Virus record (IMG/VR): IMGVR_UViG_3300002966_000020
Span: 1-47,171 of that record
Source: a virus
Taxonomy: Duplodnaviria > Caudoviricetes
Direction: 5' to 3' (one strand)
DNA: 47,171 bases
In this document: positions 1 to 8,975 of the stretch, piece by piece
How the letters are laid out: every line of letters starts with the position of its first letter
How positions within the stretch are numbered: position 1 is the first letter of the stretch
Program-made: the position numbers and the translations under genes
Notes under the pieces: model-generated
Databases searched by the model: none
Told to the model about the DNA's origin: nothing
What the model saw: only the letters and a program-made list of their open reading frames with translations

Positions 1-193
1 ACCAAGCAGTTAACAGAAAGTGTGTAGCACTTTTGTTCTCCCATCTCTTAGTATTACATTCTGCACAAGGGCAATATGCTGTAACTCTTACATGAAGCGT
101 CTGTTGTAACGGAGCATGTGCAAATGATGTACAAAAGAATATACTTAGTGTAGTAATTAAACTAGCAGTAATACATTTCAACAAATCTCTCAT
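1..193 (-). CDS. 3D-domain (cell-wall glycosidase-like) protein, 5' part only; runs off the window edge
   Basis: Not in the ORF track. Hand translation from ATG at 193 gives MRDLLKCITASLITTLSIFFCTSFAHAPLQQTLHVRVTAYCPCAECNTKRW: signal-peptide-like N-terminus, then the VTAYCPCxxC motif that opens many 3D domains. AAAGG upstream. Confidence 0.65.
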   Translation of the reverse strand, partial: MRDLLKCITASLITTLSIFFCTSFAHAPLQQTLHVRVTAYCPCAECNTKRWENKSATHFLLTAW

Positions 194-217
194 ACACACC
201 TTTAGATATTAGGAGTA

Positions 218-688
218 TTAAAACGCATCTCTTACAACTTTTTTCTTTCTGTTTAACCTCGGCTCAGGAAACCAACCTTCTTCATTCGTCACAGTCGTCT
301 CTTTGATGTATACAGGTAGATTTCTTTTTATTAACTCTTTTATCTTAGTATATATAGCTTCTTGTAGTTGATTCATTATATTCTCAAAAACACTATAATT
401 AGGTTCTTCTTTCTCTTTACATACTGCAATAGTGTGTGAAGGAGATGTTTTTGCAACATATAACTTAAAAATCTGTGTTGCTGCATCAGCGTAAAAGTTG
501 TTAGTTTTTGCTACAACTTCATCTTGTATCTTTCGTCTTACTTCAAAAGGTTGTTGCTGATATTCTTCTAGTATTCTTGTAACAATACTACGCTTTACGT
601 TCGCAAACATAGTTGCAATACGATAGTTGCTTAATACGTTAGATCTAAACATGTTGAAAAATCGCATAATGTAATCAGCATCACTCAT
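218..688 (-). CDS. hypothetical protein
   Basis: Track ORF 218..811; the likely start is ATG at 688 (MSDADY), which overlaps the upstream stop as ATGAGTGA. Confidence 0.6.
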   Translation of the reverse strand: MSDADYIMRFFNMFRSNVLSNYRIATMFANVKRSIVTRILEEYQQQPFEVRRKIQDEVVAKTNNFYADAATQIFKLYVAKTSPSHTIAVCKEKEEPNYSVFENIMNQLQEAIYTKIKELIKRNLPVYIKETTVTNEEGWFPEPRLNRKKKVVRDAF

Positions 689-1046
689 ACTCAAATAGTT
701 CTCCTTGATAGTTATCAATATGTTTAACAACATACGGTACAATTTTCTTTTGTGCAACTTCTTTTGCTGCTTCTCTGAGAGAAGGTATTGTATACATACT
801 ACCGGTTTCAAGCTGATTCAATAATGTAGTAACTCCAACTATTCTGGAATACGTATAAAATAAATCTTCTACAAGATGTGGATATGATTGCGCAATACTA
901 ATTATATTGTCCTTATCTGGCTTAAACCTAACTTTGTTAACAACTAACTTGTATACAATTTCTGGTAGATCGCTGATAGCATCTTTATGAATATCATAAG
1001 ACAAAAAATTTTCTGCAAATAGTAGTATGTAATCAGATACGTTCAT
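681..1046 (-). CDS. hypothetical protein
   Basis: 121-aa ORF packed into the operon, AAGG upstream. Confidence 0.65.
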   Translation of the reverse strand: MNVSDYILLFAENFLSYDIHKDAISDLPEIVYKLVVNKVRFKPDKDNIISIAQSYPHLVEDLFYTYSRIVGVTTLLNQLETGSMYTIPSLREAAKEVAQKKIVPYVVKHIDNYQGELFEYE

Positions 1047-1060
1047 TTATATACCTTACA

Positions 1061-1429
1061 CTAAAAATTTTCCCAAGGGAAGACAAGCCATTTGTCATGA
1101 TTAACCTCTTTACCATAGAAATCAACATGTACGGGACAATTATATCTCCTATATAGCGTTACAATAGGATATGCTGGATACATCTCTTTTAATAAAGAAA
1201 TGGTTCTACCTGAATCAGCAATGTCGTCAATAATTAATATGGACGTATATGAAGTACTATCAAGTGTAGGTAGATAAGGTAATCCTGTAATATGGCTTAG
1301 CATAACACCAGGTACACACCCTCCACGTGGTACACCATATATTGCTTCAATATTCTGCGTTAATACCCATTCTCGTATCTTTCGTATTAAATAAGCAATT
1401 TCAAAGAAAGAAATCGGTTCTGTGTTCAT
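1061..1429 (-). CDS. purine phosphoribosyltransferase (type I PRTase, Gpt/Hpt-like)
   Basis: GVPRGG loop, PRPP-binding ILIIDDIADSGRT, C-terminal WLVFPWE. Confidence 0.88.
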   Translation of the reverse strand: MNTEPISFFEIAYLIRKIREWVLTQNIEAIYGVPRGGCVPGVMLSHITGLPYLPTLDSTSYTSILIIDDIADSGRTISLLKEMYPAYPIVTLYRRYNCPVHVDFYGKEVNHDKWLVFPWENF

Positions 1430-1452
1430 CTCTAATCCTCATGCAATCATAT

Positions 1453-1547
1453 ATAAATATAGAAATAACAAGCGCTTAAATAAGTATTATATCACAAACT
1501 AGCTCTATCTCAACTATTAACATTTATAATTATAATTCTATATTTAT
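1453..1547. promoter_or_regulatory. divergent promoter region with inverted copies of TTCTATATTTAT and a sigma70-like promoter
   Basis: TTCTATATTTAT at 1453-1464 (-) and 1536-1547 (+), each about 21-24 nt before an ATG. Minus-strand TTGAGA-16-TATAAT with extended TG at about 1486-1513. Confidence 0.55.
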
Positions 1548-1567
1548 GTATAATATAGGAGATAACA

Positions 1568-1717
1568 ATGCATGTATCTAGCGGACAAGAAATATGTATA
1601 GCTGCTCTGAGCGCAGAAATTATTGACTATTTTCTTGATTGTTATCTAACTAACATAATAAGAAGTTATATAGGTAATACACTTAAAAACCACCTGGAAT
1701 TACAAGATTTGATATAA
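1568..1717 (+). CDS. small hypothetical protein (49 aa)
   Basis: Below the track cutoff. AGGAG 7 nt before ATG 1568; MHVSSGQEICIAALSAEIIDYFLDCY...LQDLI*. Confidence 0.5.
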   Translation: MHVSSGQEICIAALSAEIIDYFLDCYLTNIIRSYIGNTLKNHLELQDLI

Positions 1718-1754
1718 GTTACTGAATACTATAACTTATATATAGGAGATAGTA

Positions 1755-2762
1755 ATGAATCTACCAACTAAGCAAGACATATTAGAGCAAATAACAAGGG
1801 ACTACCTTGAAGAATATGGGTATGAATATGAACTAACTAATGCACCAGAGTTAATACCTGCAGGGTTGCTTGAGACAATAGATCAGCATGCAGATTCTGA
1901 TTTAGTAGAATATGTGATTGATATATTAAACGAAAACTTTGAGTTTGACGACCAAGGAAGGGAGATTGTAAACTATCTTAAAAGTTTAGATATTACACAA
2001 CCTTCAAATCTTGTTACTATTATACTAAATGTACCTGCTGCTGTAAATGAAGAAGTTATACACTACTTTCTTGAGTGCAACCCAGATCAATCATTGAAAG
2101 ACATGTTAGCTAATAGTGAAGCACTTAAAGATCATAAAGATTTACGTGTTTTACTTAAACTTGCTTGTGATACTACTACAAATATTATATCACCTGAAGT
2201 TATTAAGACTGTTGTAGGTGAGCTACTTAGCAACATTATTGATGTAGATAGCTATATTCAACTTCTAGATACATTACCTTCAACAATTGCACCTTTTGAG
2301 CTACTAACACAAAAACTACATACACAGTATCAAAATGATTCTTGGAAGGTTGAGATAACAGATAATTCTGCTATCTTTATATGTGATCTTATTATTCCAA
2401 ATGTAGAAGATCTAAACATAACATTAGAACAGTTTAAGCATACATTCCCAGAAAATACTTCTGTATATATACCAAGTAGAAATCAAACACCTGTAGATAA
2501 AACTAATACAGCTATCATGTATACAGCTGATCTTGACAGTGCAATACAAGTAATGGAAACATCTGAATTATTTTCAGAATTACTAAAGTTGTGTGAAAAC
2601 GAAAGTATACTATTATTACCAGTAGATTTACGCAATATTTACATCATGTTTGAGCATCCTGAAATCATTTTTAAAGCATTTGTATTTACTAATGATATAC
2701 TTAGCATATTACAAGAAATTGATATAGCAGTAAAAAATCTAATTGAGGTACAAGTACGATGA
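1755..2762 (+). CDS. acidic hypothetical protein
   Basis: 335-aa ORF, AGGAG RBS, D/E-rich, no recognised motif. Confidence 0.75.
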   Translation: MNLPTKQDILEQITRDYLEEYGYEYELTNAPELIPAGLLETIDQHADSDLVEYVIDILNENFEFDDQGREIVNYLKSLDITQPSNLVTIILNVPAAVNEEVIHYFLECNPDQSLKDMLANSEALKDHKDLRVLLKLACDTTTNIISPEVIKTVVGELLSNIIDVDSYIQLLDTLPSTIAPFELLTQKLHTQYQNDSWKVEITDNSAIFICDLIIPNVEDLNITLEQFKHTFPENTSVYIPSRNQTPVDKTNTAIMYTADLDSAIQVMETSELFSELLKLCENESILLLPVDLRNIYIMFEHPEIIFKAFVFTNDILSILQEIDIAVKNLIEVQVR

Positions 2763-3106
2763 AAGTATACATATATACAGTTAACTTCCCCTCATGTTTT
2801 AAGTATCTAGGAATAACGTTATTTCCATTTATTTTTATTAATAAGAGAAAATTTAATCAAATAGATCCGAAACATAGAGATATTATATTAAATCATGAAT
2901 ACATTCATATAGAACAACAGAAGGAATGCTTAATTCTTTTCTTCTATGTATGGTATGTTATAGAGTTCTTAATTAAATGTATTATATATAAAAGCTGGGA
3001 TGTAGCATACATTGCTACATCATTTGAGAAAGAAGCATACCTACACCAACATAACTTTGGTTATACTAAAATGAGAAAACGCTTTGGTTGGTTTAGGTAT
3101 CTATAA
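2759..3106 (+). CDS. small zincin-like (HExxH) membrane-associated protein
   Basis: GITLFPFIF...NHEYIHIEQQ...FEKEAY: HExxH with a downstream ExEA, plus a hydrophobic segment. Confidence 0.65.
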   Translation: MKVYIYTVNFPSCFKYLGITLFPFIFINKRKFNQIDPKHRDIILNHEYIHIEQQKECLILFFYVWYVIEFLIKCIIYKSWDVAYIATSFEKEAYLHQHNFGYTKMRKRFGWFRYL

Positions 3107-3718
3107 ACCTAGTATAATTCTTCTATCAATCAACCACATACACTTTTCTTTATCAAGCTTATAAAGTTCTTGATAGATTTTAGTGTGTAGCTTGAGAAAT
3201 TCTGCATAACTACACTCACCTGTATCACTAGGTTTAATAACAAGCGCACCTTGTTGATTTATATGATAACGAATTCCTTTGAAACATGTACCAAGATATA
3301 TGATAGATTGGGATTTTTCATCATAAGAGATTTGTGCGGCAAGGTTATAGTTGATTGGTCGTGTTATTATAATCCACAAATATAAGTTTGCTAAATCTCC
3401 TTTACCGTTGGGAAATAACGCTGTATCATATCCCCAGTTTTCATAATCCTGATAATAATGTTTATACATAAAAACATATATTGTAAATATCAACTCTGCT
3501 AATATAGAGTTTCTAACTGAAAATAATTTACATATTAGATATAATGTTAACTTGGACTTACTATAAAAAGCTAATAACATGCGATATGCATATTGTATAC
3601 GCTGTATAAAAAAGTTCTTTGAAACATTTGCTACAATAAGTAAGGACAATGAAACAAGAGACATAAATAAAAATACAAAAAAGATAAAAATAATTTTTTC
3701 TTTCATCGTATACTCCAA
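3101..3718 (-). CDS. hypothetical membrane protein
   Basis: N-terminal hydrophobic helix; overlaps the SLT gene. Confidence 0.6.
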   Translation of the reverse strand: MEYTMKEKIIFIFFVFLFMSLVSLSLLIVANVSKNFFIQRIQYAYRMLLAFYSKSKLTLYLICKLFSVRNSILAELIFTIYVFMYKHYYQDYENWGYDTALFPNGKGDLANLYLWIIITRPINYNLAAQISYDEKSQSIIYLGTCFKGIRYHINQQGALVIKPSDTGECSYAEFLKLHTKIYQELYKLDKEKCMWLIDRRIILGL

Positions 3719-4239
3719 AATACTTTTTCGTACTCTTTTAAATCTTTCTGCAAATTAGACTCAAAACGCCTCACATAAGCCCAATTCTTATATGTTGCTC
3801 TATTTGAATATATTCCTGCATTATACATTCTAACAGCTTCTACATAATTACCTTTTGCAACCTTTAAACAAGTAACAAAGTATCTTGTACCATATCGTAT
3901 ATTTATATCCTCATCAAATAAATTCTCTCCTGTAGAGAATACATGTATAGGCATAACTTGCATCAATCCTATAGCACCGGTACAAGAGACAGCTTTTGGA
4001 TTGAAATCTGACTCTTCTTTGATTAATGAGAGTAATATTGCTACATTTATATTATATATCTTACTATACTTTCTTACTAACAAATATGTTTCATATTTAC
4101 AAGAAGGATAAATTTTTTTATAGATTTGATATTCTACATCAGGATCATATATGATAGTAGGATATATTGTAGTTACGAAAAAGAAGAATAGTGTAAGATG
4201 ATACACTACTATATAGCGTATTTTTGTATATGTATTCAT
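3703..4239 (-). CDS. lytic transglycosylase (SLT domain) with N-terminal TM anchor
   Basis: Catalytic IKEESDFNPKAVS, GAIGLMQVMP, NIRYGTRY and YNAG motifs. Confidence 0.92.
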   Translation of the reverse strand: MNTYTKIRYIVVYHLTLFFFFVTTIYPTIIYDPDVEYQIYKKIYPSCKYETYLLVRKYSKIYNINVAILLSLIKEESDFNPKAVSCTGAIGLMQVMPIHVFSTGENLFDEDINIRYGTRYFVTCLKVAKGNYVEAVRMYNAGIYSNRATYKNWAYVRRFESNLQKDLKEYEKVFWSIR

Positions 4240-4245
4240 TATAAC

Positions 4246-4590
4246 TCACTTGATTGAGCAGAAATCTGAGAAGATGTTTTCTTGTAAGTCTATATCTAAG
4301 ATGATAACTTTACGCTGTCTTTGTTGATTAATGTAACAGCTGATAGCAATAGCATATTTCTTACCCTCACATAATATAATTAACTTGCCCCCTGAAAATG
4401 TTAAACTATGTACATTATATTTTATGTTAGATATAATGATATATGTAGGATGCACTTCTATAACATTAGAACATTTGTTTGTGTAGTATGTACCTACATA
4501 CGATCTAGGTATTATATATGTTCTTATATCTTTTGCTATTGCTATACTAGCTATAAGTATAAAAACCACGATTAATCTATTTACTTTCAT
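4246..4590 (-). CDS. hypothetical secreted protein
   Basis: Signal-peptide-like MKVNRLIVVFILIASIAIA. Confidence 0.6.
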   Translation of the reverse strand: MKVNRLIVVFILIASIAIAKDIRTYIIPRSYVGTYYTNKCSNVIEVHPTYIIISNIKYNVHSLTFSGGKLIILCEGKKYAIAISCYINQQRQRKVIILDIDLQENIFSDFCSIK

Positions 4591-4601
4591 ATTGTAATTA
4601 T

Positions 4602-4629
4602 ATTATATCAAGTTAAAGCAATTAAACAA
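4602..4629 (-). promoter_or_regulatory. sigma70-like promoter with extended -10
   Basis: Minus strand TTGTTT-16 nt-TATAAT with TG upstream of the -10, just 5' of the ORF starting at 4590. Confidence 0.45.
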
Positions 4630-4630
4630 G

Positions 4631-4659
4631 AAAGCTGTACAAAATGTACAGCTTTTTTT
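4631..4659. terminator. intrinsic terminator, probably bidirectional
   Basis: Perfect hairpin AAAGCTGTACA-AAA-TGTACAGCTTT followed by a T run on +, and TTCTTGTTT on -, just downstream of the minus-strand ORF ending at 4669. Confidence 0.75.
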
Positions 4660-4668
4660 GTTAACTAG

Positions 4669-4974
4669 TTACATAGTACTACATTTTTTTACTTTTTCAC
4701 ACAGTTTTAATCCTTCAGTACAATAGGATTTAAATGCTTTTGAATCAAATATGTTATAATACAATCTAGATTGTATATAGAATTCAGAACCAGGTAGATC
4801 TATATTAAACATATAGGTGTCTTGACTTGTTTCATAGACTTGTACAGTACAAGAAAAAATGCTATTATCTTTGTGTCTACCTCTAATAACTACCATATTA
4901 ACTAGTGTAACTACACTACAAGACGCAAACCCATATGTACCAAGTTGATCTATATACTTCTGAGTATCCATCAC
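4669..4974 (-). CDS. hypothetical protein
   Basis: 101-aa ORF, translationally coupled to the upstream gene. Confidence 0.6.
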   Translation of the reverse strand: MMDTQKYIDQLGTYGFASCSVVTLVNMVVIRGRHKDNSIFSCTVQVYETSQDTYMFNIDLPGSEFYIQSRLYYNIFDSKAFKSYCTEGLKLCEKVKKCSTM

Positions 4975-5393
4975 TTTAAAGAACCAGATATACTATTAAA
5001 TTTTTTAAGTTTAGATACTTTATAGTTTTCAAACTCAGGGACACCACTGAGACCGCCTACTTCTTCCAATCTTGAAATAGTTTCAAGTAGGAATGTTTGA
5101 TTTGAAATAGGTACATCTTCTAATATGCGCTGTAAGATTGCAGTATACTCTTCATTATCAGGTGTGGTTGCTTCAATTGCATTAAGTAACTCAACACGCT
5201 GTAACTCAGGACATTCTTGTAAGCACATTATCAGTGTGTCATTTTCTGTACCGTCTAGAATATTATAATCGATCAAGAATTCGATCATACTATCAATATC
5301 CGAGCCATAACTTTTAATAGCATGTACAATCGATTCCGGATCTTGTTCATCTAGATTTTCAAGATTTTCTAATTCCAATCTTGTATCATCCAT
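4971..5393 (-). CDS. highly acidic hypothetical protein
   Basis: AGGAG RBS; about 30 D/E versus about 10 K/R by hand count. Confidence 0.7.
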   Translation of the reverse strand: MDDTRLELENLENLDEQDPESIVHAIKSYGSDIDSMIEFLIDYNILDGTENDTLIMCLQECPELQRVELLNAIEATTPDNEEYTAILQRILEDVPISNQTFLLETISRLEEVGGLSGVPEFENYKVSKLKKFNSISGSLK

Positions 5394-5459
5394 ACATCTA
5401 CTCCTATATCTTAAAAATTTTTTGTTACTTTAAATAAATATAGAAGTAGTTATAGTATT

Positions 5460-5636
5460 CTAAACTAAGTTCTTATGAATATTATATCCAAAATATAAAA
5501 ATATTATTGAGAATACAATCATTGTAGTATAAATACATGTACCTAGATATGAAGTACAATCAAATAAATTAACCACACATACAATTATAATAAGAAAAAA
5601 TACAGTATAATAAGAGAAAAAAGTCAAATTACGCAT
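5460..5636 (-). CDS. small two-TM membrane protein (58 aa)
   Basis: Below the track cutoff. AGGAG RBS; MRNLTFFSYYTVFFLIIIVCVVNLFDCTSYLGTCIYTTMIVFSIIFLYFGYNIHKNLV*. Confidence 0.55.
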   Translation of the reverse strand: MRNLTFFSYYTVFFLIIIVCVVNLFDCTSYLGTCIYTTMIVFSIIFLYFGYNIHKNLV

Positions 5637-5686
5637 GTTATAACTCCTGATACTATTATGTTACAAAATATTTACATATTGACTTA

Positions 5687-6037
5687 GTGAACTACCTCGC
5701 CTTGTAGAAGGCAGGGCTTCCTGCTTCACAGCATAATGGCTTTTTAGGTATCCCTTTCGAGATACGGTCATCCACCAGAGCATACTCCACAGGCTTGAAG
5801 TCGGGCTGTTCCATCCCTACTTTGTATAAGTTTATAGATGCATTTACATCTCTATCATGATATGTCCTGCATTCAGGACAATTCCAATACCTATCAGACA
5901 GTTTCAATTGTTTGCGTTTATATACACACATTACAGAGTTTGGAGCTTGGATAGAATCTGTCAACTACGATAAGAGTTTTTCCATACCAATCTGCTTTAT
6001 ACTCTAAGTATCTAATAAATGTTCCAAATCCGCTGTC
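5687..6037 (-). mobile_element. tnpB: IS200/IS605 remnant: frameshifted 3' end of tnpB plus right end
   Basis: FIRYLEYKADWYGKTLIVVDRFYPSSKLCNVC, frameshift near 5925, then LSDRYWNCPECRTYHDRDVNASINL (zinc ribbon + RuvC-III). Ends in hairpin CCTGCCTT-CTAC-AAGGCGAGG then TAGTTCAC, a typical IS605 right end. Confidence 0.85.
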
Positions 6038-6406
6038 TATTTGCTCATCAACCAGCTGTGTAAGTATTTTATATGCCTTGCTCTTGCTCACAGAATCATT
6101 AGCAAATAATACTTTGATGCGGAAAAGATATTGTGCAATCTCCTGAATTTTTGTTTTTGTCTCATCACTAAAGCCAAACAGTTCTTTCAATATCTCAAGC
6201 GATACATATATATTCACCGGAAGGTTTGGTCGGGATACTTTGTCTGAATACAATACAGAAAATACTGTTTCATCAATCCGGCAAAATACATCCTCGTAAA
6301 ATCCTTTTGCCCAGCTTTTCTCATATCTCTTTCTTAAATTCTCAAGCAGTATATTCTTCTCAGAGAAAAGCTCTGGTATTTCATGGACTCTGTTTTCTTT
6401 AAACAA
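6038..6406 (-). pseudogene. N-terminal fragment of a DDE-type (IS1182/IS5-like) transposase with an internal deletion, fused in frame to the tnpB remnant
   Basis: MFKEN...SWAKGFYEDVFCRIDETVFSVLYSDKVSRPNLPVNIYVSLEILKELFGFSDE resembles a DUF772-type transposase N-terminus; no catalytic DDE core remains. Confidence 0.65.
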
Positions 6407-6539
6407 AATGTTTTCTCCTCTCTCGTTTTATGCTTATATATTATATCGTTGTCATCTTATAAATTAATTTCTATGGTTATTGTTAATAATTTTCCTTAAC
6501 CTTTTTGCAAGGAAGTTATATATTATAAAAACAAAAGTA

Positions 6540-6752
6540 TTAAAATAACATACTAACAATCTTTTTGTATATATCCCATATAACACTTACAAACTCAGAA
6601 TATGTTACAACCGGTTCTTCTATACTTTTAACAGACTTTCTAATTAACAAATACACTACATATAGTACAGATGAAATCAGAAAAGCAACCAAAGTTGCAA
6701 GAAAATAAGGAACAAAAATCATGTACTGAAATAGAATTATAAATTCCCTCAT
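6540..6752 (-). CDS. small membrane protein
   Basis: 70 aa with a long hydrophobic segment; coupled to the terminase stop (TAATG). Confidence 0.6.
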   Translation of the reverse strand: MREFIILFQYMIFVPYFLATLVAFLISSVLYVVYLLIRKSVKSIEEPVVTYSEFVSVIWDIYKKIVSMLF

Positions 6753-8692
6753 TAGAAACCTTTCTTTAGATCTAGATTTGGCATAACATTAGTATGCACA
6801 AATGTTGACTTCTTAGAAAATATAGTATCAAATGCTCCATATGGAGAATATTCGCTATCACTTGAAAAATCTGCAAAGGGGTCAAGTAGTGTTCTACTAG
6901 TTGGAAATCGTACTCCCAACCCAAGTGGCAAACTAGGAGCAATTGATTCTGAGATTACTTTATTTTGTAACCACCACACAGCTCTACATAGAGCGTCCGC
7001 AAGGTCTTTTGAACCGTCGGGCGGGTGGTCAATCTTTTGATTTCTAATCAACTCAAGTTGTTTAAGTTCTTTTAAAAGTTTACTATTCTCAGGAATAGTA
7101 ATATAGCCTGTATACATCAGTGTTTTAAGGTTTTGATACATTTGTAGATTACAATTCATTTTTGTTGTGTTAATACCTGAAGCAAACAAACGCTGTATGC
7201 TTTGCACAGAAGACCATGTATCATATACAACATCTTTCACATTGTAGTATTGACTTAATGTTAATATAATTTCTTCAACATTTTCAAACAAAACTGTGAT
7301 TTTCTCAGATTTATCAGGTTTCCATTCCTCGATAAAATCTATAACTATTTTAAATTCTCTATTTACTTTAAGTTCTTCAGATTTATTTAGATCTTGTTGC
7401 ACATCATAGTAAGTTTTTGGTGCTTGACCAGGTATTTCATAATGACCCATACATACTGTAAAGGAGTCTTCAGACTCACCAGGGTCACAAGCAATTACAT
7501 ATGTGGAATACAATAGTGGTGAATCTTGTTCAATAATTTTCTTAGTAACATATCTTCGTTGCACAAGTTTATCTGTAAATACAGCTTGTTCAATTATTTG
7601 ATTTTCAAATAGCACAGTAGGTTTTCTTTGAATAAAGCATTGTGCAACTCTCTCTGGATACTCAAAGAATGGATTAGAAGCAGATGGGGGTATAGCAAGA
7701 TAGTCACGACGATATGCTTCATAAGCAGCTATCTTTTCTGATGCAAAATCTTCTTCGGTTAAGTTTGGATTCAATTCCATTGTTGTAGCATGGTATCCAA
7801 TCATTCTTGGAACCTTTGTTGGTACTTGTGAAGCAAGTTGCATTATAACATGTTTTTGTGAACCTGCTTTGATTGTACCACATCTATAAAGTAATCGCAT
7901 TCCATAATCATCTTCATACATTGGTGATGTTATAGTTACTACTTTAGAAAACGGTTTTAGTGATTTAGCTGCACGTGATACTGTATTATATACTGCTTGT
8001 GCTGATCTTGATTGTGTCTTAGCTTGTAGTTCATTCTCTGCAACATTAAAACGAGATAGCTCGTCAAAGATGCAACAAGCTGATGTTTTACCTGCAAGCG
8101 CTGAAGAGTTTGAATGAAGAGATAATATTGCAACATTTTTTTCTCTAAATTCAATTGAGGTTTTTGTTTGCAAAAATAATGAATACTTACCTGACTCCTC
8201 TAACTCTCTTTCTTGTAACCATGCAATATAGTGTTGCCACCAATATGTACTCTTTAAAAGTGCTTCTATTGCTGCATACGCTGTTTCATTACTTTGTGCT
8301 TGTGATGAAGAAATACATTGTACTGTAATTCTCTGACCTGGTAACTGACCTAAAGATTTCCCTGGATTATCATATGCTAATAGTTTATGAGCCTGAAATG
8401 TTCCAATGATAGCTGCTAGAACAGATTTTCCACCACGCATACCAGCAATAAACACACCTTCATCATATAAAGGATTTCCTTGACTATCCGTACTAAATAA
8501 ATCTTCAAGAAAATTTCGTTGTAAAGGAAATAGTTTGATACCTAGAAATTTATCAGATTCAGAATACTCAATAGGATCGTTTGTAAACTTAACAGGACAT
8601 TTTGATTTTACAATTGAGATTGAACTAATCTCAATTACTTTCTCTTTTGAAGGAGTATAAGAAGTATCTAGAAGTTTATCACCTAAAGGCAT
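6752..8692 (-). CDS. terL: terminase large subunit
   Basis: Walker A GMRGGKS, Walker B CIFDE, coupling motif ITSP, RNase H-like nuclease ACDPG...YDTW...KIDHPPDGSKDLADA. Confidence 0.9.
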   Translation of the reverse strand: MPLGDKLLDTSYTPSKEKVIEISSISIVKSKCPVKFTNDPIEYSESDKFLGIKLFPLQRNFLEDLFSTDSQGNPLYDEGVFIAGMRGGKSVLAAIIGTFQAHKLLAYDNPGKSLGQLPGQRITVQCISSSQAQSNETAYAAIEALLKSTYWWQHYIAWLQERELEESGKYSLFLQTKTSIEFREKNVAILSLHSNSSALAGKTSACCIFDELSRFNVAENELQAKTQSRSAQAVYNTVSRAAKSLKPFSKVVTITSPMYEDDYGMRLLYRCGTIKAGSQKHVIMQLASQVPTKVPRMIGYHATTMELNPNLTEEDFASEKIAAYEAYRRDYLAIPPSASNPFFEYPERVAQCFIQRKPTVLFENQIIEQAVFTDKLVQRRYVTKKIIEQDSPLLYSTYVIACDPGESEDSFTVCMGHYEIPGQAPKTYYDVQQDLNKSEELKVNREFKIVIDFIEEWKPDKSEKITVLFENVEEIILTLSQYYNVKDVVYDTWSSVQSIQRLFASGINTTKMNCNLQMYQNLKTLMYTGYITIPENSKLLKELKQLELIRNQKIDHPPDGSKDLADALCRAVWWLQNKVISESIAPSLPLGLGVRFPTSRTLLDPFADFSSDSEYSPYGAFDTIFSKKSTFVHTNVMPNLDLKKGF

Positions 8693-8693
8693 A

Positions 8694-8975
8694 TTAATAT
8701 ATTCTCTTTTTTAGATTATTATGATTCTCTATTCCTCTGTGCTTAAAAAATATAGAATCCTCTTCTGTAATATTAAAGTAGTGATCAAGCTCATTCCCCT
8801 CAGAAAATAAAATTATTAAGTATCCTATAACACTTCTAATATCAAGATCGTAAAATTCACACTTTATTCTAAATTTCTCAAGAACATCAGGTGTTACATA
8901 GCTAGACAGTTCACCTTTGATGACTTCTAAATAACTAAACTGCTTTTTCATATAATTTCTTCTGTTTGAAATCAA
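8694..8975 (-). CDS. small hypothetical protein, possibly ribbon-helix-helix DNA binding
   Basis: LSSYVTPDVLEKFRIKCEFYDLDIRSVIGYLI has an RHH-like pattern; the start may be MKKQF at 8951. Confidence 0.45.
   Translation of the reverse strand: MISNRRNYMKKQFSYLEVIKGELSSYVTPDVLEKFRIKCEFYDLDIRSVIGYLIILFSEGNELDHYFNITEEDSIFFKHRGIENHNNLKKRIY

Noticed and set aside
5918-6406. Functional transposase-TnpB fusion protein
   Set aside because: No DDE core, no RuvC-I/II, and a frameshift within the zinc ribbon; treated as a relic.
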